A stretch of 62,914 bases of DNA from Sphingomicrobium sp. (GCA_036402035.1 DASWTR010000031.1:1-62914), one strand, 5' to 3'; positions 47,337 through 56,865 are shown, counted from the first letter of the stretch. A program made the numbers and translations. Notes: generated by a model from the sequence alone, not told the origin.

Positions 47337-47710
47337 AGCCAGCCCGAAAAGCGGCGGACCCATTGCCCGTCGGGCCGCAGCCGGTCGACCTGGACGAATG
47401 CGCCGGTCAGCTTTTCCGTTTCCCACGGCGCGCTGGTTTCGCACGCGCGCAACCGGATAGTGACATCCTTGACCCGCATCGCCTGCCCTGGGCGAAGCGT
47501 CAGGTCGCGGACGATTCCGTTGCGCTTGTTGAGCAGGCCGAGGACCGCGACGCGCTCCGCCATCGGCGTGACCCCCGGCTGCTCGGCGGCGGCGCGGGGT
47601 ACGTCGATCGTGACCGGCTGGTTTGCGTCCTGTTCGGACTGGCTAGCCCGTTCGCAGCCCGCCGCCACCAGCAGGATTGCAATCGGAAGAAGGGCCTTGG
47701 TCCGGGTCAC
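47072..47710 (-). CDS. DUF2155 lipoprotein
   Basis: Lipobox AAGC and LNKRNG...RACE...FSGW...YDVW..SC pattern; the GTG overlaps the upstream stop. Confidence 0.82.
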   Translation of the reverse strand: MTRTKALLPIAILLVAAGCERASQSEQDANQPVTIDVPRAAAEQPGVTPMAERVAVLGLLNKRNGIVRDLTLRPGQAMRVKDVTIRLRACETSAPWETEKLTGAFVQVDRLRPDGQWVRRFSGWLYKESPSLNVVEDAVYDVWPKSCTMSWPAGPAAPAAPTSSRSRSSASNSGGGNTVDEAPVTTDAPPADGAPPPVDTPTDDSAVPSNPT

Positions 47711-48096
47711 GCCTGGTCGGGCTTCCACGCCTCATAGTCGCCGGTCGAAGCCGGGCGAATCCCCTGCGACGCAAGCGAGCCACCCGGCCGGTAAGCCGCC
47801 ATGGTTCCGGTGAGGTTCGGCTGGGCGGCCTGTTCGAACTTGCGCCGCGGCGGCAATCCCTTCTCGGGCAGCTCGTCGATCGTGCCGCGAAGCCAGGCGT
47901 TCCAGCCAGGCGGTACCCGGCTGCTGTCATTCGCACCTTGATAGATCACCCAGCGGCGCTTCGGATCCTTGCGGTGGCGGAAATAGACATTTCCAGCTTC
48001 GTCGCGGCCGACTTCTTCGCCATTGCGGCGCGATGAGATCATCGTGCCCCAGGAGGCGCCGTTCCACCAGGTGAAGGCATTTGCGAATATACCCAT
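47707..48096 (-). CDS. NADH:ubiquinone oxidoreductase accessory subunit, NDUFA12 family
   Basis: FTWWNG...VGRDEAGNVYF...RRWVIY...VPPGWNAWL...PNLTGT...DYEAWKP pattern. Confidence 0.92.
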   Translation of the reverse strand: MGIFANAFTWWNGASWGTMISSRRNGEEVGRDEAGNVYFRHRKDPKRRWVIYQGANDSSRVPPGWNAWLRGTIDELPEKGLPPRRKFEQAAQPNLTGTMAAYRPGGSLASQGIRPASTGDYEAWKPDQA

Positions 48097-48133
48097 GGGC
48101 CGCGCCTTTGCCCCGATCCGACCTAAGGCGCAA

Positions 48134-48598
48134 TCACCATTTAACCGTGTCGCCGGCCTTGATCCCCAGCTCCGCAGCGCGACCGCCGGCGATTTCAAGC
48201 ACCGCCGCGACCGGGCCATCCGATGTCACCGGATCTTCGGACAGGGGAACGGTGTTGGCGGCAATATTGGCGATGCTGCCGTCGGCCCGGACGAAAATCA
48301 TGTCGAGCGGGATCAGCGTGTTGCGCATCCAGAAGCTCGCCGGCCGCGGCGGGTCGAACGGGAAGATCATGCCGCGGTCGGGCGCCAGGGCGTTGCGGTA
48401 CATGAGGCCCATCGCCTGCTCCTCCGCGGTCCGGGCGACCTCGACCGTGAACCGGTGCTGGCGGCCGCCGGAGGTGACGGTCAGCGGCACTTGGTCAAGC
48501 CCCGCCGGAGATTGCGCCAGGTCGACGGCGTTGGAAGCGGAAGGCTGGCAGGCAGCAAGGCCCGCGACGATGGTCAGCGCCAGGGTCCGTGCGATCAG
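48134..48598 (-). CDS. DUF192 family lipoprotein (start codon uncertain, possibly CTG)
   Basis: Lipobox LAAC plus GLMYR, GMIF, FWMRNTLIPLDMIF and VLEIAGG motifs. Confidence 0.85.
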   Translation of the reverse strand: MIARTLALTIVAGLAACQPSASNAVDLAQSPAGLDQVPLTVTSGGRQHRFTVEVARTAEEQAMGLMYRNALAPDRGMIFPFDPPRPASFWMRNTLIPLDMIFVRADGSIANIAANTVPLSEDPVTSDGPVAAVLEIAGGRAAELGIKAGDTVKW

Positions 48599-49188
48599 GG
48601 CTCGCGCAATTCGACGGCGGTGAGGCCCTTGCGCCCTTCGGCGATCCGCGCCTCGAGCAGCTGGCCCGGCTGCAGATCGACAATCTCTGATTGCCGCACC
48701 GTCTCCATATGGACGAAGATATCCTCGCCCTCTTCCCCCTCGCCCGCCCGGTTGAGGAAGCCATAGCCCTTGACGCGATTGAACCATTTGACCTCCACCG
48801 GCTCATACTCGCCCGCGGAATCGGCCAATGCCCTGCGGTCCGCGCGCTCGGCGGTAGAATGGACTGGACGGGGCGCCATCGGCAAGGCCGTTGAAAGGTC
48901 GATCGACAGGATTTTGCGCGCCTGGAAGCCCCGGTCCTGATGCGCCGCGATACATTCCACCGTCGCGCCTTCGGGCAATGATCGCCGGCCATGCTCCTTG
49001 AGCACGCTGAAGTGGATCAATATGTCCCCTTCGCAGTCGTCGGAGATGAGGAATCCGAAGCCGCGGGTCGCGTCGAACCATTTGACGCGGCCCGTGCAAT
49101 GCAACCCTTCAGGAAGAGGCTCAGCCGCCGTGGACATGATCCCTTCCGGCCCCTCCGCCTGAGTCGTTTCGGTAATCAAACGCTGCAC
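48595..49188 (-). CDS. Two-domain cold-shock protein
   Basis: Two CSD copies (VKWFDATRGFGF..ILIHFS and VKWFNRVKGYGF..IFVHM); AAGGAG RBS. Confidence 0.92.
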   Translation of the reverse strand: MQRLITETTQAEGPEGIMSTAAEPLPEGLHCTGRVKWFDATRGFGFLISDDCEGDILIHFSVLKEHGRRSLPEGATVECIAAHQDRGFQARKILSIDLSTALPMAPRPVHSTAERADRRALADSAGEYEPVEVKWFNRVKGYGFLNRAGEGEEGEDIFVHMETVRQSEIVDLQPGQLLEARIAEGRKGLTAVELREP

Positions 49189-49238
49189 ATACTCTCCTTA
49201 CCACGGTCTCATGTGTCGCGAAACCGACATACGCAAGG

Positions 49239-49793
49239 TTAACTTAGGTTGCTAAGGGCTTCCGCGTCGGGATTCTCACCGGGTTTCAAGTCTATAATAG
49301 CCTTTGCGACCGGGAAGCGGTGGCCGGCACGAACCATTGCCGCCAGCGCCCGCTCGCGTTTCGACGGATCTTGCGGCTCATGCGCATAGGGACCGAGCGC
49401 CCGGCGCTTGGCGAAGCGCAGCGCCGCGTTCACCGCTTCCTCCTCGGCAAAGGTGCGGGCATCGGCCCCCTTTTCCTCATCGATCCCCGCCATGGCCAGC
49501 GCCTGGTCGACCCGTCTCGCGCCATAGCCGCGCCCGGTCAGCGACCTGGCCTTCGACAGCGCGAAGGCGTGATCGTCGACATATCCCAGGCGGACGAATT
49601 TATCGGCGAGCATTTCAATCGGCGGTTCGCCATCGCTGTCCCAACCCCGCTCGCGCAGCTTCCGCTGAAGATAGGCCCTGAGCTTGGCGCGGCTGGTGGC
49701 AAAGCGGCCGACATAGCTCAGCGCCAATTCTTCCAGCTTCGCAGCCGTCAGCGGGGGCCGGGTGTTGCGCCTTTGTTGCAATGCCATGGCCAT
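49239..49793 (-). CDS. recX: Regulatory protein RecX
   Basis: LALSYVGRFATSRAKL...GYVDDHAFA...RGYGARRV...MVRAGH pattern. Confidence 0.88.
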   Translation of the reverse strand: MAMALQQRRNTRPPLTAAKLEELALSYVGRFATSRAKLRAYLQRKLRERGWDSDGEPPIEMLADKFVRLGYVDDHAFALSKARSLTGRGYGARRVDQALAMAGIDEEKGADARTFAEEEAVNAALRFAKRRALGPYAHEPQDPSKRERALAAMVRAGHRFPVAKAIIDLKPGENPDAEALSNLS

Positions 49794-49896
49794 GTTTGTG
49801 CCATAGTCCCCCACCATCAGGCAAAAAGGCCCGCGGGAGACGGGTCCGCCGGCGGCTGTCCGCCGGGACCAGAACTCAACAAAACAGGATTAGCGC

Positions 49897-51663
49897 GTGC
49901 TCGACCGTCAGGACAGGATCGACACCAGCCTTACCGCCGAAGGCTATACCCCTACCCTTGATCGCCTGCCCCGACGGGTCGCCGATTTTGCGACTCTCGG
50001 CGAGGCGCTGGACTATGCCGCAAAGGGTCATCGCGGGATGAATTTCCACGACGCCCGTGGAACGCTGGTCCGCGCCTATCCCTATGCGGAGTTGCGCCAG
50101 GATGCCCTGGCCAATGCCCGTCGATTCATGGCCATGGGGCTGAAAAAGGGCGACCGGCTGGCTTTGGTGGCCGAGACCGGCCCCGAGTTTGCCGCCTGCT
50201 TCTTCGGCGCGATTTATGCGGGGCTGTGGCCGGTGCCGTTGCCCTTGCCGACCAGCTTTGGCGGGCGCGAAGCCTATATCGACCAACTGGTCGTCATGCT
50301 GTCGAGCAGCGATCCGCAGCTGTTCCTCTATCCGGAGGAGTTGGCGGACTTCGCCATCGTCGCGGCCAAGCAGAAAGATATCGACGCTTGCTCCTGGGAA
50401 AGCCTGGGCGAAGTCGAGCCCGCCAGCACTACCGCCATGCCAAGCGCGGATGCCGACGAGATCGCCTATCTCCAATATTCGAGCGGCTCGACCCGCTTCC
50501 CGCACGGCGTCGCGGTGACCCACCGTGCCTTGCTCGACAATCTTCACTCTCACGGCGTCGCGACCGAGATTCAGGAGACGGATCGCTGCGTCAGCTGGCT
50601 GCCATGGTATCATGACATGGGCCTGGTCGGCTGCATGCTGTCGCCACTCGCGCTGCAGGTCTCGGTCGACTATCTGAAGACCGAGGACTTCGCCCGCCGC
50701 CCGCTCGCCTGGCTCGACCTGATCAGCCGCAACCCGGGCACCTCGCTCTCTTACTCGCCGACCTTCGGCTACGACATCTGCTCGCGGCGGATGAGCTCGC
50801 AAACCCGCGCCGCCGACCGCTTCGACCTGTCGCGCTGGCGGCTTGCCGGCAACGGCGCCGACATGATCCGCCCCGACGTGATGCAGGCGTTCGTCGACAG
50901 CTTCGCCGACGCCGGCTTCAAGGCCGGCGCCTTCTGCCCAAGCTATGGCCTGGCGGAAGCGACGCTGGCGGTATCGATCATGCCACCAGGCGAGGGCATC
51001 CGGCTTGAGCTGGTCGAAGAAAGCGAGCTGGCGGGGGCCGGCACACCGTCGCAGGAACGGCCACGCCGCTACCGCGCGATCGTCAACTGCGGCAAGCCGG
51101 TCAAGGGCATGGAGATCGAGATCCGCGGGGCCGACGGCGAGCTGCTGCCCGACCGTGGCATCGGCAAGGTGTGGGTTCGCGGCTCGTCGGTCATGGTCGG
51201 ATATTTCCGCGACGAAGAATCGACCGCTGCCTGCATGAAGGACGGTTGGCTCGACACCGGCGACATGGGTTACATGTCCGGTGGCTACATCTTCATCGTC
51301 GGCCGCGCCAAGGACATGATCATCATCAACGGCAAGAACCATTGGCCGCAGGACATCGAGTGGGCGGTGGAGCAGCTGCCGGGCTTCAAGTCGGGCGACA
51401 TCGCCGCCTTCGCCATCACTGGTCCCAGCGGCGAGGAAACGCCGGCGGTGCTGGTCCATTGCCGGGTAAGCGACCCCGAGGAGCGCGGTCGCCTGCGCGA
51501 CGACATCCGCGAGCGGGTTCGCGCGATCACCGGGATCAGCCCGGTGGTCGAACTGATCCCGCCCCGCACTCTGCCCCGCACCTCGTCGGGCAAGCTGTCG
51601 CGGACCAAGGCGCGCAATCTGTACCTAACCGGCGAGATCGTACCCTACGATATCGCCGCGTAG
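49897..51663 (+). CDS. Fatty acyl-AMP ligase
   Basis: LQYSSGSTRFPHGV, WLPWYHDMGL, YGLAEATL, DTGD and PRTSSGK motifs. Confidence 0.9.
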   Translation: MLDRQDRIDTSLTAEGYTPTLDRLPRRVADFATLGEALDYAAKGHRGMNFHDARGTLVRAYPYAELRQDALANARRFMAMGLKKGDRLALVAETGPEFAACFFGAIYAGLWPVPLPLPTSFGGREAYIDQLVVMLSSSDPQLFLYPEELADFAIVAAKQKDIDACSWESLGEVEPASTTAMPSADADEIAYLQYSSGSTRFPHGVAVTHRALLDNLHSHGVATEIQETDRCVSWLPWYHDMGLVGCMLSPLALQVSVDYLKTEDFARRPLAWLDLISRNPGTSLSYSPTFGYDICSRRMSSQTRAADRFDLSRWRLAGNGADMIRPDVMQAFVDSFADAGFKAGAFCPSYGLAEATLAVSIMPPGEGIRLELVEESELAGAGTPSQERPRRYRAIVNCGKPVKGMEIEIRGADGELLPDRGIGKVWVRGSSVMVGYFRDEESTAACMKDGWLDTGDMGYMSGGYIFIVGRAKDMIIINGKNHWPQDIEWAVEQLPGFKSGDIAAFAITGPSGEETPAVLVHCRVSDPEERGRLRDDIRERVRAITGISPVVELIPPRTLPRTSSGKLSRTKARNLYLTGEIVPYDIAA

Positions 51664-51749
51664 GGCGCTTGCGAAATAGGATTCTCGTCGCTACTTCGCG
51701 CCTGCTTTCCCGCGCTCCTGTAGGATCTGTAGGAAAAGCAAGGCGGCCT

Positions 51750-51825
51750 AGGGGTATAGCTCAGTTGGTAGAGCATCGGTCTCCAAAACCGAGGGTCGTG
51801 GGTTCGAGTCCCTCTGCCCCTGCCA
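51750..51825 (+). tRNA. trnW: tRNA-Trp (CCA)
   Basis: 76-nt cloverleaf: AGGGGTA acceptor stem, TAGCTCAGTTGGTAGAGC D-arm, CTCCAAA anticodon loop, GGTTCGAGTCC T-arm and encoded CCA end. Confidence 0.98.
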
Positions 51826-51962
51826 GGCCGTAGCAAGGTGCGTTGCGGAGCAACGTCGCCGGTCCGCGAAGCGGATGCGGAGCAGCCCGGCCAGCCAGCA
51901 AAGCTGGTCTGACGTCATGGAATTTACTTCCATGACGGGGTGCGCTAATCGCTCCCCACGAT

Positions 51963-51997
51963 CGAGGTCCGGCGGGGTGTCCGCGGACCTCGTTTTT
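51963..51997 (+). terminator. Intrinsic terminator after tRNA-Trp
   Basis: CGAGGTCCG / CGGACCTCG stem followed by TTTTT. Confidence 0.65.
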
Positions 51998-52021
51998 CTA
52001 TCTCTTTAAGGGCATCGCAAA

Positions 52022-52219
52022 GTGGCAAAGATCAACATCGCGGAATTTGTCCGAGAGGTGCAGCGCGAGGGCGGCAAGGTCGTCTGGCCGTCGATGAAGG
52101 AAACCCGCACCACCGCGATCATGGTGCTGATCATGACCACGCTGCTCGCCCTGTTCTTCCTGGGCGTCGATTCGGCGTTCAGCGCGATCGTCCAATGGCT
52201 GCTGGGCCTGCTCGGCTAA
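52022..52219 (+). CDS. secE: Preprotein translocase subunit SecE
   Basis: FVREVQREGGKVVWPS plus one TM helix, between tRNA-Trp and nusG. Confidence 0.96.
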   Translation: MAKINIAEFVREVQREGGKVVWPSMKETRTTAIMVLIMTTLLALFFLGVDSAFSAIVQWLLGLLG

Positions 52220-52252
52220 CCCTCACCCTACCCTCTCCCCGCGGGAGAGGAG
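52220..52252. repeat. REP-like short palindromic element
   Basis: CCCTCACCCTACCCTCTCCCCGCGGGAGAGG resembles the widespread CCCTCACCC..CCTCTCCC..GGGAGAGG repeat. Confidence 0.55.
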
Positions 52253-52267
52253 AATAAGAGAGAAACA

Positions 52268-52804
52268 ATGTCCCGCTGGTACATCATCCACGCCTATTCC
52301 GGCTTCGAGAACAAGGTCCGCGAGTCGATCATGTCCGAGGCCAAGCGCCTCGGCCTGGAAAGCCTGGTCGAGGCGGTCGAGGTGCCGACCGAGACGGTGA
52401 CCGAGATCAAGCGCGGCAAGAAGGTCCAGTCGGAACGCAAGTTCATGCCCGGCTACGTCCTCGCTAAGCTGGCGATGAACGACGACGTCTATCACCTGGT
52501 CAAGAACACCCCCAAGGTGACCGGCTTCCTCGGCCCCAACGGCAAGCCCCAGGCGATCCCCGACGCCCAGGCCCACCGCATGCTTGACACCAAGGAAGAA
52601 GCCGCCGCGGCGCCCAAGACCAAGGTCAAGGTCGATTATGAGATCGGCGATGCGGTCAAGGTGCTGGACGGCCCGTTCGCCAGCTTCAACGGCGTGGTCG
52701 AAGAGCTCGATTTCGACCGTGCGAGGGTGAAGGTGTCGGTCAGCATCTTCGGCCGCGCCACCCCGGTCGAATTGGAATTCGAGCAGGTCGAGCGCGTCAA
52801 GTAG
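52268..52804 (+). CDS. nusG: Transcription termination/antitermination factor NusG
   Basis: WYIIHAYSGFE, PGYVL, KOW motif DGPFASFNG and IFGRATPVEL. Confidence 0.98.
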   Translation: MSRWYIIHAYSGFENKVRESIMSEAKRLGLESLVEAVEVPTETVTEIKRGKKVQSERKFMPGYVLAKLAMNDDVYHLVKNTPKVTGFLGPNGKPQAIPDAQAHRMLDTKEEAAAAPKTKVKVDYEIGDAVKVLDGPFASFNGVVEELDFDRARVKVSVSIFGRATPVELEFEQVERVK

Positions 52805-52826
52805 CGCTCGCAAATCTCCGTTTTTG

Positions 52827-52854
52827 AAGGGTCGCCGAAAGGCGGCCCTTTTTT
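52827..52854 (+). terminator. Intrinsic terminator after nusG
   Basis: AAGGGTCGCC-GAAA-GGCGGCCCTT followed by TTTT. Confidence 0.9.
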
Positions 52855-52913
52855 GTCGCTTGCACGACTCTGTCGACTCTGTTACTTACTTACCAGTCAG
52901 TTAGGAGCGACTC

Positions 52914-53543
52914 GTGAAGCAACCCAAGTTCCAGCGCCGAGCAGAGGACCGCCCACGCGAGATATGCGCGGCGGCGCTGGAGGTATTTGCGGAGAAGGGG
53001 TTCGCCGCGGCGAAGCTGGACGAGATCGCGAAGCGGGCCGGCGTGTCGAAGGGGACGCTCTACCTTTATTTCAAGGACAAGGAGGAGCTGTTCCGCGCCG
53101 TGGTGCGGGACAATGTGTCGCCGAACATCGACCAGGTGCGCGCGATGATCCTCGCCGCGGACATCCCCTTTGCGCAGATCGTGCCAATGTTCCTGGCGCG
53201 GCTGTCCTCGCTGGCGGGGACGATGCCGCTGGGCGCGGTGGTCAAGATGGTGATCGGCGAGTCCGGCAATTTCCCCGAGCTGGCCAAGGTGTGGCACGAC
53301 CAGGTGGTGAGCAAGGCACTCGCCGTGCTGGTGGCGCTGATCGAGAAGGCGCAGGCCAGGGGCGAAGTGCGGCCCGGCGACCCGCGGTTCCACGCCTTCA
53401 CACTGATGGGGCCGATGCTGATGGGCATCATCTTCCGCGAAGTGCTGCAGCCCGCGGGCGGCGCGCCGATCGATATCGAAGCGCTGGCCCGGCAACATGC
53501 CGAGACGGTGCTGGCCGGGTTGCTGATGGAGGGCGCGCGATGA
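52914..53543 (+). CDS. TetR family regulator of the efflux operon
   Basis: HTH IAKRAGVSKGTLYLYFKDKEELF; AGGAG RBS. Confidence 0.93.
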   Translation: MKQPKFQRRAEDRPREICAAALEVFAEKGFAAAKLDEIAKRAGVSKGTLYLYFKDKEELFRAVVRDNVSPNIDQVRAMILAADIPFAQIVPMFLARLSSLAGTMPLGAVVKMVIGESGNFPELAKVWHDQVVSKALAVLVALIEKAQARGEVRPGDPRFHAFTLMGPMLMGIIFREVLQPAGGAPIDIEALARQHAETVLAGLLMEGAR

Positions 53544-54988
53544 AGCGGGCCGTGGTCCTCGCCTTGCTGCTGACCGGCTGCACCACGGTCGGGCCGGATT
53601 ATCGCGCGCCCGAGGTGGCGGTGCCGGCGGGTTATCTGGAGCCGTCGGCGAGCGGGGCGGCCGAGCTCGACTATTGGTGGCGAGGATTCGGCGATGCGCA
53701 GCTGGTTGGGCTGGTCGAGCAGGCGCTGAGGCAGAATCTGGACGTCGAGCTGGCCGCCGCGCGGATCCGCGAGGCGCGGGCGCAGGAGCGCGTGGCCGGG
53801 GCCGGCGCTTCACCGCAGGTCGGGGCGGAGGCTTCGGTCACCCGGCAGCGGATCAGCGAGAATGCGATCCCGGCTCCGCCCGGGTCGGGCGGGAGCGCGG
53901 GCGGCGGCGGGTTTGGGCTGCCGGGGCAGGAATTCACCACGTTCCGCGCCGGCTTCGACGCCAGCTGGGAGCTCGACCTGTTCGGCCGCAACGTCCGCGA
54001 GCGCGAGGCGGCGGCGGCGCGGACCGGCGCGGCGATCTGGAACCGGCGGGATGCGGAGGTGACGGTCGCGGCCGAGGTGGCGGGCGCCTATCTTCGCTTG
54101 CGCACGCTGCAGGCGCGGATGGCCAACGCCGAGGCCGAGCTGGCGCGGCAGCGGCGGTTCGAGCAGCTGGTCGACGCGCGGGCGCGCGGCGGGCTGGTCA
54201 CCGGGCAGGACCTGGAGCAGCAGCGCTCCGAGCGGTCGGCGGCGGCGGCGGCGATCCCGGCGCTGCAGGCCGAGGCCAAAGCGGAAATCCATGCACTTGG
54301 CGTGCTCACCGGGCAGGCGCCCGGGGCGCTCGCCGGCCAGTTGGCGGCACCTCAGGCGGGGCATGCCCCCTCCCCGCCCCTGGTGCCCCCCGGCCTGCCG
54401 TCGGAGCTGCTCCGGCGGCGGCCGGACATCCGTAGCGCCGAGCGCGAGCTGGCGGCGGCCACCGCCGACATCGGCGTCGCGGTCGCCGACCTCTACCCGC
54501 GCATCTCGCTGACCGCCGCACCGGCGCTGGTCAGCACCGCGCTCGGCGCGCTGCTCGAATGGGGCAGCCGCAGCTTCAGCGCCGGCGCCGCGCTCGACTG
54601 GCCGATCTTCGACGGCGGGCGGCGGAAGGCCAATGTCGCGGTGCGCAATGCCCGGCAGGAGCAGGCAGCGATCGCCTACCGCAAGACGGTGCTGACCGCG
54701 CTTCAGGACGTCGAGGACGCGCTCGGCCGGGTCGACGGCGACCGCCGCCGGCTGGCCGAGCTGGAGCAGGCGCTGGCCACTGCCGGACGCGCCGAGGAGA
54801 TCGCCCGCACCCGCTACCGCGGCGGGCTCGTCATTCTGTCCGACGTGCTGATTGCGCAGCAGCGCCGGCTGTCATTGGAGGAACAAGTGATCGAAACCCG
54901 CGGCGCCCTGGCGCGCGACACGGTGGCGCTGGTGAAAGCGCTCGGCGGCGGCTGGCCAGAAGAAACCAAGGCGGAGGATGGGCAATGA
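53540..54988 (+). CDS. Efflux outer-membrane lipoprotein (NodT/TolC family)
   Basis: MKRAVVLALLLTGC lipobox plus VGPDY, ASWELDLFG and LLRRRPDI motifs. Confidence 0.93.
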   Translation: MKRAVVLALLLTGCTTVGPDYRAPEVAVPAGYLEPSASGAAELDYWWRGFGDAQLVGLVEQALRQNLDVELAAARIREARAQERVAGAGASPQVGAEASVTRQRISENAIPAPPGSGGSAGGGGFGLPGQEFTTFRAGFDASWELDLFGRNVREREAAAARTGAAIWNRRDAEVTVAAEVAGAYLRLRTLQARMANAEAELARQRRFEQLVDARARGGLVTGQDLEQQRSERSAAAAAIPALQAEAKAEIHALGVLTGQAPGALAGQLAAPQAGHAPSPPLVPPGLPSELLRRRPDIRSAERELAAATADIGVAVADLYPRISLTAAPALVSTALGALLEWGSRSFSAGAALDWPIFDGGRRKANVAVRNARQEQAAIAYRKTVLTALQDVEDALGRVDGDRRRLAELEQALATAGRAEEIARTRYRGGLVILSDVLIAQQRRLSLEEQVIETRGALARDTVALVKALGGGWPEETKAEDGQ

Positions 54989-55929
54989 ACCGGGCGAGAC
55001 CGATTATCGTCATCATCCTGCTGATCGCCGCCGCGGCGCTGGCCTGGTATCTGTTGCGCGGAAACGGCCGCGAGCGGATGCTGTCCGGCTATATCGAAGG
55101 CGACAGCCTGTTCCTCGCCGCGCCGGTCGCCGGGACGATCGGCAGCATTTCCGCCCAGGAAGGACAGCGCGTTCCCGCGGGGGCGCGGCTGTTCACCATC
55201 GACCCCGCGACCCTCTCCGCCCAGGGCGAGCAGGCGCGGGCGCAGGTGCTGGAAGCCCGTACCCAGATCGCCGCGGCCGCGGCCAATGCCGAGCAGGCCG
55301 AAGCCGAGGCGACCGCCGCCGCGGCGGACGCCGATAGGGCTCGGCGCGACCTCAACCGGCTGCTATCAGTCCGGCGCGATGATGCTGCGGCTGTAGCCGG
55401 CAAGGACATCGACGCCGCTCAGGCCGCCTTGCGCGAAGCCAATGCGCGGCTGAATGCCGCCCGCCAGACTGCCAGCGCCCGGCGCGCCCAGATTGCCGCC
55501 GCCCGCGCCCAGGAAAGCCAGGCCCGCGGCGGCGAGCGCGAAGTGGCGATCCGGGTCGGCCAGCTGGCCCCGCCCGCGCCGTCCGCAGCGCGGGTCGAGG
55601 ATGTCTTCTACCGTCCCGGCGAGTGGGTCGCCGCCAACCAGCCGATCGTCAGCCTGCTGCCCGACGACCGCGTGAAAATCCGCTTCTTCGTTCCCGAGCA
55701 GGAAGTGGCCCGCTATCGCCCCGGCCGCAATGTGCGCTTCTCCTGTGACGGCTGCGCGGGCGGGCTCAGCGCGAAGATCAGCTATGTCAGCCCGCGGCCC
55801 GAGTTCACCCCGCCGATCATCTTCAGCCGCGACAGCCGCGACCGGCTGGTGTTCATGGTCGAAGCATTGCCCGCTAAGCCGGCCAATCTGATGCCCGGCC
55901 TGCCGGTCGACGTGGAACCGCTTCCATGA
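54985..55929 (+). CDS. HlyD family membrane fusion protein (YbhG-like)
   Basis: N-terminal TM helix, lipoyl-like halves, coiled coil and PEFTPP. Confidence 0.9.
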   Translation: MNRARPIIVIILLIAAAALAWYLLRGNGRERMLSGYIEGDSLFLAAPVAGTIGSISAQEGQRVPAGARLFTIDPATLSAQGEQARAQVLEARTQIAAAAANAEQAEAEATAAAADADRARRDLNRLLSVRRDDAAAVAGKDIDAAQAALREANARLNAARQTASARRAQIAAARAQESQARGGEREVAIRVGQLAPPAPSAARVEDVFYRPGEWVAANQPIVSLLPDDRVKIRFFVPEQEVARYRPGRNVRFSCDGCAGGLSAKISYVSPRPEFTPPIIFSRDSRDRLVFMVEALPAKPANLMPGLPVDVEPLP

Positions 55930-56852
55930 CCCTGGCGATCGATGTCCAGGGGCTCAGCAAGCGATTCGGCTCGCTCCAGGCGGTCGACAATGTCTCGCTG
56001 CAGATCGAGCAGGGCCACATCACCGGCTTCCTCGGCCCCAACGGCTCGGGCAAGACGACATCCCTGCGGATGCTGTGCGGCCTGCTGACGCCCGACAGCG
56101 GCACCGGACAGGTGCTCGGGCTCGACTTCCCGCGTGAGGCGGAGGCGATCAAGCGCCAGACCGGCTATATGACCCAGCGCTTCTCGCTCTACGAAGATCT
56201 GACGATCGAGGAGAATCTCGCCTTCATCGCCCGGGTCTACGGCCTCAGCGAGGTCAACCGGACGGTCGACGAGACGCTCGACAAGCTTGGCCTCGACCAT
56301 CGCCGCAAGCAGCTTGCCGGCACATTATCGGGCGGCTGGAAGCAGCGCCTGGCCTTGGCCGCGGCGGTGATGCACCAGCCGAGATTGCTGCTGCTTGACG
56401 AGCCGACCGCCGGCGTCGACCCGCAGGCCCGCCGCGATTTCTGGGACGAGATCCACCGCCTTGCCGACGATGGCATGACCGTGCTGGTCTCGACCCATTA
56501 TATGGACGAGGCCGAGCGGTGTCACGAGATCGCCTATATCTTCAACGGCAAGCTGATCGCCCGCGGTACCGGCGACGCGGTGATCGCGCAGAGCGGCCTG
56601 GTCACCTTCGAAGCCGAGGGCCCGCGCGCCGACCGGCTGGGCCGCGAACTGGCCGCCAAACCGGGCGTCGAGATGGCCGCTCCGTTCGGCGAAGCGTTGC
56701 ACGTCAGCGGCACCGACCGGGCCGCGCTCGAAGCGGCGATCCAGCCCTACCGCCGCGATCCGTTCAAATGGACCGAGGTCCAGCCAACGCTGGAGGATGT
56801 GTTCATTCACCTGATGCGGACCCATGCGCCGCCGCAGGTCAAAGCGGCATGA
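55926..56852 (+). CDS. ABC transporter ATP-binding protein
   Basis: GPNGSGKT, LSGG, LLLLDEPT and STH motifs. Confidence 0.95.
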   Translation: MTLAIDVQGLSKRFGSLQAVDNVSLQIEQGHITGFLGPNGSGKTTSLRMLCGLLTPDSGTGQVLGLDFPREAEAIKRQTGYMTQRFSLYEDLTIEENLAFIARVYGLSEVNRTVDETLDKLGLDHRRKQLAGTLSGGWKQRLALAAAVMHQPRLLLLDEPTAGVDPQARRDFWDEIHRLADDGMTVLVSTHYMDEAERCHEIAYIFNGKLIARGTGDAVIAQSGLVTFEAEGPRADRLGRELAAKPGVEMAAPFGEALHVSGTDRAALEAAIQPYRRDPFKWTEVQPTLEDVFIHLMRTHAPPQVKAA

Positions 56853-56865
56853 TGGGGCGTTTGCC

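Noticed and set aside
49788-49803. Sigma54-like TGGCAC-N5-TGGC at the recX start
   Set aside because: The -12 element is mismatched and the site overlaps the start codon region, so it is likely chance.
49872-49885. LexA box upstream of recX
   Set aside because: GAAC-N6-AAAC does not fit the alphaproteobacterial GAAC-N7-GAAC consensus.
51750-51825. tRNA-Trp as an integration site
   Set aside because: There is no integrase, I saw no duplicated tRNA 3' end by eye, and secE-nusG follow normally.
52853-53539. N-terminal extension of the 711-aa ORF
   Set aside because: It overlaps the TetR gene in another frame. The real start is the lipoprotein signal at 53540 (ATGA coupling).
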